Source: an uncultured Clostridia bacterium
GTDB lineage: Bacteria; Bacillota; Clostridia; TANB77; CAG-508
DNA length: 64,000 nt
NCBI GenBank assembly: GCA_934122115.1
Contig: CAKOVU010000005.1
Coordinates: forward strand, 14,596 to 78,595
Direction: 5' to 3'
Part shown: piece by piece, positions 18,286 to 26,100 of the stretch
How positions within the stretch are numbered: position 1 is the first letter of the stretch
Layout: each line of letters opens with the position of its first letter
The notes under the pieces: generated by a model
What the model saw: the letters and a program-made list of their open reading frames with translations, nothing else
What the model was told of the DNA's origin: nothing
The model's database searches: none
Made by a program: the position numbers and the translations under genes

Positions 18286-19548
18286 ATGAATTATAGCCCA
18301 ATTAAGATAAATGAAGGAATAAACCTTCACCTTATAAACACAAATAAATTTAAAACAAATATTATATCTGTATTTTTAACTAAAAAATTAACAAGAGAAA
18401 ATGTTACGAAAGAAGCGCTAATACCAGCAGTTTTAAGGCTTGGAACGGCAAATATAAAAACACAAGAAGAATTAAATAAAAAACTAGAGGATATGTATGG
18501 AGCAGATTTTAATTGCGGAATAGAAAAAAGAGGTGATAATCACGTACTTAAATTCTATATAGAGGCGATAGAAGATGAATACGCACTTAATGGTGAAAAC
18601 ATACAAAAAGAAGTGATTAATTTATTATTAGATATAGTATTTAATCCATTAGTAGAAAACTCTAGCTTTAAGAAAGAATATGTAGATGGAGAAAAGGAAA
18701 ATCTAAAGAGAATTATTGAATCTAAAATAGATAATAAATCAAATTATGCATATGTAAGATGCATAGAAGAAATGTATAAAAATGAGCCGTTTGGATTATA
18801 TGAATATGGTTATATAGAAGATTTGAACAATATAAATGAAAATAATTTGTATGAATATTATGAAGAGTTTATAAACAATTGTAAAATAGATATTTTTGTA
18901 TCAGGAAATATAAAAGAGAAAGAAATAGAAGATATTGTTAAGAGCAATAGTAACATAAACAAACTATTGCCAAGAAATCCAGAATTTATTTTAGATAGTA
19001 AGCAAGATGTAAATAATATAAAAGACCAAACAGCAGAAGAAAAAATGGATGTATCACAAGGAAAAATTGTGATAGGAATGAGTATAAAAAATAATATAGA
19101 TGATGCAGTATTGAATGTGTATAATGCAATCTTAGGAGGCGGAGCAAATTCAAAATTGTTCCAGAATGTAAGGGAAAAGGCTAGTTTAGCATACACAGCT
19201 GGCTCTAGATATATAAAAAGCAAAAACAATATATTTATTAGATGTGGAATAGAAATAAAAAATTACGAAAAAACAATAGAAATAATAAAAGAGCAATTGG
19301 AAGATATGAAAAAAGGAGAATTTTCAGAGGTTGATATTAAAAATGCAAAAGAATTGTTGATTGCTAGCTTTATTAGCATACAAGATGAGCAACCAAGAGA
19401 AATATCATATTATATGTCACAGCAATTATCTAAAGATACTAGTGATATAGAAACAGCTTGCAAGAAGATAGAATCTGTAAATAAAGAACAGATAATAGAA
19501 GCTGCTGAAAATATTATGATAAATACAATATTCTTTTTAAGAAATTAA
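18286..19548 (+). CDS. M16-family peptidase, non-catalytic subunit (no HxxEH)
   Basis: Insulinase fold pattern but no zinc motif. ATG at 18286 has proper spacing from AGGAGG. Confidence 0.75.
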   Translation: MNYSPIKINEGINLHLINTNKFKTNIISVFLTKKLTRENVTKEALIPAVLRLGTANIKTQEELNKKLEDMYGADFNCGIEKRGDNHVLKFYIEAIEDEYALNGENIQKEVINLLLDIVFNPLVENSSFKKEYVDGEKENLKRIIESKIDNKSNYAYVRCIEEMYKNEPFGLYEYGYIEDLNNINENNLYEYYEEFINNCKIDIFVSGNIKEKEIEDIVKSNSNINKLLPRNPEFILDSKQDVNNIKDQTAEEKMDVSQGKIVIGMSIKNNIDDAVLNVYNAILGGGANSKLFQNVREKASLAYTAGSRYIKSKNNIFIRCGIEIKNYEKTIEIIKEQLEDMKKGEFSEVDIKNAKELLIASFISIQDEQPREISYYMSQQLSKDTSDIETACKKIESVNKEQIIEAAENIMINTIFFLRN

Positions 19549-19568
19549 TAAAAGATTGCGAGGTTATT

Positions 19569-20852
19569 ATGAAAGAAATTAATTGTGAAAAGATAAAAGA
19601 AAAAGCATATTGGGAAAAGCTAGAGAATGGTTTGGAAGTAATAATTATTCCAAAGAAAAATATAAATAAAAAATACATCATGTATGGTACAAGATTTGGC
19701 TCTATCGATAATAGATTTATAATGCCTAAAACACACGAAGAGGTGTTTATTCCAGATGGTGTAGCTCACTTCTTAGAGCACAAAATGTTTGAACAACCAA
19801 ACGGAACAAACAGCTTAGATACATTGATGGCTTTAGGAATAGATGCAAATGCATATACAACAACAGACCACACAGCATATTTATTTGAGTGCACTAATCA
19901 CTTTGAAGAGGGATTAGACGAACTTATGGATTATGTGCAACATCCATATTTCACAGATCAAAATGTGGAAAAAGAAAAGGGCATAATTGGACAAGAAATA
20001 ACGATGTATGATGATGATCCAGGTTGGCAATTGTATTTGGGAGCAATGGATTGCATATATAAGAACAATCCTATAAAAATAGATATTGCGGGTAGCATCG
20101 AATCAATAAGCAAAATAACTCCAGATGTGCTTAATAAATGTTATAATACATTCTATAATCCATCAAACATGGTTATTGTGGCAAGCGGAGATTTCGAACC
20201 AGAAGAGCTAATGGCTAAGATTAAACAGAGATTAATAAAAAAAGAGGGACAAGAAGATATAAAAAGAATATATTCAGAACAAGAAGAGAAAATCAATAAA
20301 AAAACAAGTGAAAAAGAAATGCAAATTAGCATGCCAATTTTTATGATTGGATACAAAGATAAGATAGTTCAAGATAGAAAAGAAGCAGTAAAAAGACATA
20401 TTGCAATAGAAATTTTATTAAATATGCTTTTAGGCGAAAGCTCAAGCTTATATTCTAAGCTATATAAAAATGGAGATTTATCAATAGTTCCAGACTTTGA
20501 TTATGAATTTTCAGGCCAATATTCGCATATATTAATTTCAGGACGTGCAAAAGAGCCAGAAAAAATAAAAGAAGAGTTGGCAAAGGAAGTAAAAAATATA
20601 ATTGCAAATGGAATAAATGAAGAAAGCTTAGAAAGAACAAAGAAAAAGATATATGGACAATATGTTACAGAATATAATAATGTGGCAGATATAGCTAGAA
20701 TGTTTTTATCTGATTGGATGAAGGGAATCAACAGCTTTGAATATATAGAAGCATTTGAAAAAATAAACGCGGAATTTGTAAAAAATATATTAAAAGAGGC
20801 GTTTGATGAAGAAAATATGATATTGTCTGTTGTTAAAGGTAAAAATAAGTAG
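19569..20852 (+). CDS. M16-family zinc peptidase, catalytic subunit
   Basis: HFLEH zinc-binding motif. Paired with the upstream M16 gene. Confidence 0.85.
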   Translation: MKEINCEKIKEKAYWEKLENGLEVIIIPKKNINKKYIMYGTRFGSIDNRFIMPKTHEEVFIPDGVAHFLEHKMFEQPNGTNSLDTLMALGIDANAYTTTDHTAYLFECTNHFEEGLDELMDYVQHPYFTDQNVEKEKGIIGQEITMYDDDPGWQLYLGAMDCIYKNNPIKIDIAGSIESISKITPDVLNKCYNTFYNPSNMVIVASGDFEPEELMAKIKQRLIKKEGQEDIKRIYSEQEEKINKKTSEKEMQISMPIFMIGYKDKIVQDRKEAVKRHIAIEILLNMLLGESSSLYSKLYKNGDLSIVPDFDYEFSGQYSHILISGRAKEPEKIKEELAKEVKNIIANGINEESLERTKKKIYGQYVTEYNNVADIARMFLSDWMKGINSFEYIEAFEKINAEFVKNILKEAFDEENMILSVVKGKNK

Positions 20853-20883
20853 AAAAATCAAGCATTTTATAAGATGAAAAATA

Positions 20884-20912
20884 TTGACTAACTGCGAATT
20901 ATGTGATATTTT
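20884..20912 (+). promoter_or_regulatory. Candidate sigma-A promoter upstream of the spo0E-like and pilin-like genes
   Basis: TTGACT, 17-nt spacer, TGaTATTTT. Confidence 0.4.
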
Positions 20913-20943
20913 TAGATAAACGAAGGAGAAAAAGGAGGAAAAA

Positions 20944-21093
20944 ATGCTTGACGAGAAAATTTGTAAATTAAGGGAAGAACTTAATAACAGCATACTAGAA
21001 AATAAAGACTATAAAATTATATACAAAATAAGCACAGACTTAGATGAACTAATTTACGAATATTATAAAAGCAAAAACATGATACATTGTTAA
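20944..21093 (+). CDS. Spo0E-like aspartyl-phosphate phosphatase (49 aa, missing from the ORF track)
   Basis: Hand-translated: MLDEKICKLREELNNSILENKDYKIIYKISTDLDELIYEYYKSKNMIHC. Helical hairpin with an S-x-x-LD-x-LI motif. RBS AAGGAGG. Confidence 0.6.
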   Translation: MLDEKICKLREELNNSILENKDYKIIYKISTDLDELIYEYYKSKNMIHC

Positions 21094-21116
21094 ATAAAGA
21101 AAAATTAGGAGAAAGA

Positions 21117-21503
21117 ATGAACAAAACAAAAATTAATAAAATTGGTAAAATAGTAATACCATTGTTGCTAATACTTCTTTCAGTAACAATGATAGCTAGC
21201 ACTTCAATGGCAGTAGATGATAGCGTTGTAAATACTGGAAAATATAATCCGAGTGCAAGCATTGGAGGAAATTCAAGCGAATTCAGAAGCCTAGTAGGAA
21301 ATATACTATTCTTCATTAGGCTAATAGGCTCAATAGTCTCTGTAGTAGCATTAATAGTAATAGGAATTAAGTTTATGCTAGGAGGCGTTGAACAAAAAGC
21401 AGAGTATAAAAAACGTATGCTCCCATATGTAGTAGGAATGATATTGCTTTTTGGTGGAGTAAATTTATTGTCTATAATATATGGTGTTGTAAGCAAAATG
21501 TAG
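21117..21503 (+). CDS. VirB2/TrbC-like pilin candidate, paralogue 1
   Basis: Signal peptide, TM1, charged loop (GIKFMLGGVEQKAEYKKRMLPY), TM2. ATG at 21117 follows AGGAGAA. Confidence 0.55.
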   Translation: MNKTKINKIGKIVIPLLLILLSVTMIASTSMAVDDSVVNTGKYNPSASIGGNSSEFRSLVGNILFFIRLIGSIVSVVALIVIGIKFMLGGVEQKAEYKKRMLPYVVGMILLFGGVNLLSIIYGVVSKM

Positions 21504-21570
21504 CATAAATGTTGAAAAAAGATAAAAAATGATGTATAATAAGATAAATATGTATTGTAAAGGAACAAAA

Positions 21571-22029
21571 ATGAAGAAAAAAACCATAGTAATATTATTT
21601 TTATTCACTATATTATTTTTACAAATGTTTTTGTGTGGAAATAATGTGGAGGCTAAAGAAGTAGATATAGATGAAGGCAAACCAAGTACAGCTGCTACTC
21701 CTTCAAAAGGAACATCTAGTTCCGTAACAGGTATTGATGGGGTAATAAATGGTGGAAAGGGTTTTTTGGATAGTGCAAATGGAATGCCAATAAGCGAACC
21801 TAACTTGCAATCTACGTCTAATACTTTAGTAAGTATATTAACTACTGTAGGTGTGGGTGCAGCAGTATTAGTAGTAACAATACTCGGAATAAAATACATA
21901 ACAGGAGCAGCTGCAGAACAGGCAGAGATAAAGCAGACATTAGTACCACTAATATTTGGATGCATACTAGTGTTTGGGGCTTATCTAATATGGAAAATAG
22001 TAGTATCAATAATACAAGGTGCTATGTAA
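21571..22029 (+). CDS. VirB2/TrbC-like pilin candidate, paralogue 2
   Basis: Same topology as paralogue 1. Loop GIKYITGAAAEQAEIKQTLVPL. Confidence 0.55.
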   Translation: MKKKTIVILFLFTILFLQMFLCGNNVEAKEVDIDEGKPSTAATPSKGTSSSVTGIDGVINGGKGFLDSANGMPISEPNLQSTSNTLVSILTTVGVGAAVLVVTILGIKYITGAAAEQAEIKQTLVPLIFGCILVFGAYLIWKIVVSIIQGAM

Positions 22030-22098
22030 ATTAGGTTTTAATATTCTCAGTTATGAGATTAATTATAAAAACAAATAAAAAAAAAGGAGGAACAAAAT

Positions 22099-22464
22099 AT
22101 GAAAAAAACAGTTAAAATAATAAGCACAATACTAATTGCATTATTTGTAGTTTGCGCTGTAGCTAATGTGGTATTAGCTGATGATGTTGATCCAAGTAAA
22201 TTTACAGGTTCTCAAGGAAATATGAATACAGATAATATCAATAAAGTTGGAAATCAAGTTATATATCTTATTAGATTAATAGGAACTATGATATCAGTTG
22301 GTGTATTAGTTATATTAGGTGTTAAATATATGACAGCTAGCCCAGAAGGAAAAGCAGATTTTAAATCAACAATGATACCATATTTAGTTGGTGCTGTTTT
22401 GGTGTTTGCTGCAACATGGGTAGCAAGTGCAATTTATGGTTTTGCAACAGGAATTGGAAAATAA
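22099..22464 (+). CDS. VirB2/TrbC-like pilin candidate, paralogue 3
   Basis: Same topology as paralogue 1. Loop GVKYMTASPEGKADFKSTMIPY. Strong RBS AAGGAGG. Confidence 0.55.
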   Translation: MKKTVKIISTILIALFVVCAVANVVLADDVDPSKFTGSQGNMNTDNINKVGNQVIYLIRLIGTMISVGVLVILGVKYMTASPEGKADFKSTMIPYLVGAVLVFAATWVASAIYGFATGIGK

Positions 22465-22504
22465 TAATATTACAACAAAATTACATAAAGATTACAATAA
22501 AATT

Positions 22505-22532
22505 AAAAAGTGCATTTATTTGCACTTTTTTT
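22505..22532 (+). terminator. Rho-independent terminator after the pilin-like genes
   Basis: AAAAAGTGCA / TGCACTTTTT stem followed by a long T-run. Confidence 0.75.
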
Positions 22533-22541
22533 ATTTTTTTG

Positions 22542-22570
22542 TTACTTTTTATAGCTTTATATGTTATAAT
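22542..22570 (+). promoter_or_regulatory. Candidate promoter for the T4SS machinery operon
   Basis: Extended -10 TGtTATAAT (22562-22570) with a weak -35 TTACTT. Confidence 0.4.
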
Positions 22571-22609
22571 TATTTATGATAGGATATTATGGGGTGTATT
22601 GGAGGAAGT

Positions 22610-22957
22610 ATGGGAGCATATAATTTACCAAGGAATGTAAAGGGTGAAGGAAGAATATTATTTATATTTACCAAAAAAAGTATGATATATACAGCTATAG
22701 CTGGAGTAATAGGAGTAGGGCTAGCATTTTTGCTCTCTACACTGGGAATGACGGTCGTAGGTATTGTATTACTTGTAATTTGTGCTTTAATAGGATTTTC
22801 AATAGGTACATTTAAAGTTCCAGATTTAAAAAATATTTCATGGGCAAGAGTAAATGCAGGCGAAAATATAGATGCTGTAATAATGAGAGCAATAAAGTTT
22901 AAACATAAGGGAAATAAAGTATATATATACAAGGAGGAAGAAACTGATGACAAGTAA
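22610..22957 (+). CDS. PrgI/ConD/VirB3-like small two-TM protein
   Basis: 115 aa with a two-TM hairpin, just upstream of VirB4 as in Gram-positive T4SSs. ATG at 22610 follows GGAGG. Confidence 0.55.
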   Translation: MGAYNLPRNVKGEGRILFIFTKKSMIYTAIAGVIGVGLAFLLSTLGMTVVGIVLLVICALIGFSIGTFKVPDLKNISWARVNAGENIDAVIMRAIKFKHKGNKVYIYKEEETDDK

Positions 22958-24164
22958 AATAACTATATTAACTTCAATTTTAACAGTGGTAGCTACTGTA
23001 ATAGTAATTTTGTTGATAGTATTAGCTTTTGTGTATTTTAGAATGGAAGCTAGGGATAAAAAAGGAAAAGATAGTAAGGAATTAAAAGACAGAGAAAATA
23101 CTCCTAAAAAACCAAGCAAAAATAAACAATATACTGTTGATTCAATAATGAATTTTATGGAATTCGATAAAATCGAAGATAATATGATTGTACAAAATAA
23201 TGGCAAGAAATATGTTATGGTTGTAGAATGCCAAGGAGTAAACTACGATTTAATGTCAGAAGAAGAAAAAGTTTCAGTAGAAGAAGGGTTTTTACAATTC
23301 TTAAATACATTAACAGGTCCTGTACAAATATATACACAAACCAGAACAATTAACATGAGTAGCAGTATACAGAGCTACAAAGAAAAGGTTGATGAAATAG
23401 AAGCTGCATATAATAAACAAAAAGCTAAATATGAAGAGCTAGTAAAACGTGGCAATGTGCCAAATGACCAATTGAAAAAAGAATATTATGAACTAGTAAA
23501 ACAAAGAAACTTATGTGAATATGGAAAAGATATTATATTTAATACAGAGAAAATGAGTTTAAACAGAAATATTTTAAACAAAAAATATTATGTAGCATTA
23601 GCATATTACACATCTGAGTTAGGACAAGAAAACTATGATAAAAATGAAATACAAGAATTAGTTTTCTCAGAGTTATATACAAAAGCTCAAGCAATAATAA
23701 GGTCGCTAGCAATATCTGGAGTAATTGGAAAAGTAATGTCTTCTATAGAATTGGCTGATTTACTATATGTTGCATATAACAGAGATGAATCAGAAACATA
23801 TGGAATGGATAGAGCATTAAAAGCTGGATATGATGAATTGTATTCTACAGCTCCTGATTACATGGATAAGAAAATTAAATTACTAAACGAAGAAATAGAA
23901 AATAAAGCTTATGAAAAAGCTAACGAGAAAGTAATCGAAGCCCAAACAGAAAAACAAAAACAATATAATCAAACAGTAGATGATATTGATACAATAATAG
24001 ATAATTTAGCAACATTAATGATAGATGAAAATGCAAGTATGATTGGTGAAGATGTGGCAGAGAGTGCAAGAGAAAAGATAAAAGAAGGAAACAAGAGAAA
24101 GGAGAAAGATAAAGATGTTCAAAAAGAAACAAAGAGAACAAGAAGAGTTTCAAGCAGAGCGTAA
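22947..24164 (+). CDS. Membrane-anchored protein resembling a VirB4 N-terminal (non-ATPase) domain plus coiled coil
   Basis: N-terminal TM helix. The segment KYVMVVECQGVNYDLMSEEEKVSVEEGFLQFLNTL..VQIYTQ follows the VirB4 N-domain pattern. No Walker motifs. Confidence 0.4.
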   Translation: MTSKITILTSILTVVATVIVILLIVLAFVYFRMEARDKKGKDSKELKDRENTPKKPSKNKQYTVDSIMNFMEFDKIEDNMIVQNNGKKYVMVVECQGVNYDLMSEEEKVSVEEGFLQFLNTLTGPVQIYTQTRTINMSSSIQSYKEKVDEIEAAYNKQKAKYEELVKRGNVPNDQLKKEYYELVKQRNLCEYGKDIIFNTEKMSLNRNILNKKYYVALAYYTSELGQENYDKNEIQELVFSELYTKAQAIIRSLAISGVIGKVMSSIELADLLYVAYNRDESETYGMDRALKAGYDELYSTAPDYMDKKIKLLNEEIENKAYEKANEKVIEAQTEKQKQYNQTVDDIDTIIDNLATLMIDENASMIGEDVAESAREKIKEGNKRKEKDKDVQKETKRTRRVSSRA

Positions 24165-26073
24165 TGATTATACAAGCAATGAAGAAGTAAGGATATTACA
24201 TAAAAAGACAATAAAAGAATTAATAGCTCCAGCAGGAATAGATGCAAGTAGTATAGATCACTTAGAAATAATTTCAAGTGTAAAAAGATATGCTAGAAGT
24301 TTCTTTGTATCTACATTGCCAAGAATGTGTACATTCCCAGAACTATTTAGAGATATGTATATGTTTGGAGATATAAATACATCAGTATATATAAATCCAA
24401 TACCAGAATCAAGGTCGCAAAATGAATTAAATAGAACAATAAATGAGATAGAAACAGAAAGAATCGTGGCAGCTGATAGAGGAAATATCAACAGAGAAAG
24501 CACATTAACTCAAAAAAGATTTGAAGCAGAGCAATTAAGAGATGAAATTGCAGCAGGATACAATAAATTATACGAAGCATCAGTTGTGGCAACACTTTTT
24601 GCATATAGCTTAGAAGATTTAGAGAGACTTACAAAATTATTATCAGCAGAAATGTCTAAATCACTAGTTGGAATAAAAAGCGCTTGGGGAAGACAAGAAG
24701 AAGCTTTTAAATCAAATTTGCCATTTGTAGATAATCAAATAAATAATACACACACATTCGACCGTAGATCTATGGGAACAGTATTCCCATTTACAACATC
24801 TGAAGTTGGACATCCAACAGGTATTCCTCTAGGATTTAATAAACAAACTGGGGTACCAATTTTGTTTGATAATTTCCATAACTCTTTAACAAACTATAAC
24901 ATGGTTATATTTGCTAAATCTGGTGCTGGTAAATCTGTAACAATGAAAACATTGATATCAAGATCAGCTGTGCTTATGGGAATCCAAAGTTTGGCACTAG
25001 ATGCTGAAGGCGAGTATAGTATAGTTGCTGAAAGCTTGGGAGGAGTAAATGTAGTACTTAGCCCAAATTCACAAACAGTTATCAACTTATTTGATATAGA
25101 AACAGAAATGGTTAAAGATGAAATAACAGGAAGAGAAAAAACTGTATTAAATGTAGAAAATAAAGTAGAGGACGTTACTCAAGCTTTATTAACAATGGCA
25201 AGAGGAAGTACAAGAAGCCAAGAGGTAAACGAGTTAACAAAACAGATAATTGCAGAATCTGTTGCGGAAGAATATGCTGCATATGGAATAAACAGCAATC
25301 CAGCAAGCTTATATGAAGCAAACATGGAAAATTCTTCCGATGTATTAGGAAAAAGAAGAAAGAAAATGCCAACAGTTGGCTCTTGGTATAAACGTTTAGC
25401 TAAAAAAGCTGAGGAAAACAATAACCCAGATTATAGATTTCATTATAGTTACTTGCTAAAAGTAATGAAGCAATACATAAGAGAATATGATGGACAGATG
25501 GCATACTTTGATGGACAATCAACATTTGATTTATTAGATGGAACATTATTTATAAACTTGGATATTTCTCAATTGGAGGAAAGATTTGCAAGACCACTTG
25601 CACAACAAATATTACTTTCTTGGATTTGGGAAAAATATGTTAAGAAAAATAGTGAAGATAGAAGAAAAGCTTATAAAAAGAGAGTTTTAGTAGACGAAGC
25701 GTGGATGCTTTTACCATATCCAGAAGCTGTAGACTTCTTAAACACAATGGCAAGACGTGCAAGAAAGAGAAACGTTTCTTTAGCTATTATTTCACAAAGA
25801 TTCCAAGATTTCTATGAAAAACCAGAAGTACAAGCTGTTTTAACATCATCTGATACAAAATTACTACTAGCGCAAGATAAATCTGAAATACAATATTTAA
25901 AAGAAGTATTTAAACTAAGCGAAGGAGAAGCCGGATTCTTAGTAACATGTGGAAGAGGAGAAGGCTTGCTAAAAGTAGGAGGAGATACAGCAATATTACA
26001 AATTACTCCAACTGCCAAGGAATTTGAATTCGTAGAGACAAACATAAATAAATTGGCACAAAAGAATCAATAA
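24115..26073 (+). CDS. VirB4-family T4SS ATPase (TcpF/ConE/PrgJ-like)
   Basis: Walker A KSGAGKSV and Walker B VLVDEAW. N-domain segment IAPAGID...RSFFVSTLPR. Overlaps the upstream ORF by 50 nt. Confidence 0.85.
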   Translation: MFKKKQREQEEFQAERNDYTSNEEVRILHKKTIKELIAPAGIDASSIDHLEIISSVKRYARSFFVSTLPRMCTFPELFRDMYMFGDINTSVYINPIPESRSQNELNRTINEIETERIVAADRGNINRESTLTQKRFEAEQLRDEIAAGYNKLYEASVVATLFAYSLEDLERLTKLLSAEMSKSLVGIKSAWGRQEEAFKSNLPFVDNQINNTHTFDRRSMGTVFPFTTSEVGHPTGIPLGFNKQTGVPILFDNFHNSLTNYNMVIFAKSGAGKSVTMKTLISRSAVLMGIQSLALDAEGEYSIVAESLGGVNVVLSPNSQTVINLFDIETEMVKDEITGREKTVLNVENKVEDVTQALLTMARGSTRSQEVNELTKQIIAESVAEEYAAYGINSNPASLYEANMENSSDVLGKRRKKMPTVGSWYKRLAKKAEENNNPDYRFHYSYLLKVMKQYIREYDGQMAYFDGQSTFDLLDGTLFINLDISQLEERFARPLAQQILLSWIWEKYVKKNSEDRRKAYKKRVLVDEAWMLLPYPEAVDFLNTMARRARKRNVSLAIISQRFQDFYEKPEVQAVLTSSDTKLLLAQDKSEIQYLKEVFKLSEGEAGFLVTCGRGEGLLKVGGDTAILQITPTAKEFEFVETNINKLAQKNQ

Positions 26074-26100
26074 ACAAAACGGACATTAAAAGGAGATAGT

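Noticed and set aside
17828-18301. 157-aa minus-strand ORF
   Set aside because: It is a Leu/Phe-rich low-complexity mirror image of the confidently identified yqeY gene on the plus strand. It has no RBS. This is a typical antisense artefact of AT-rich, Lys/Glu-rich coding DNA.
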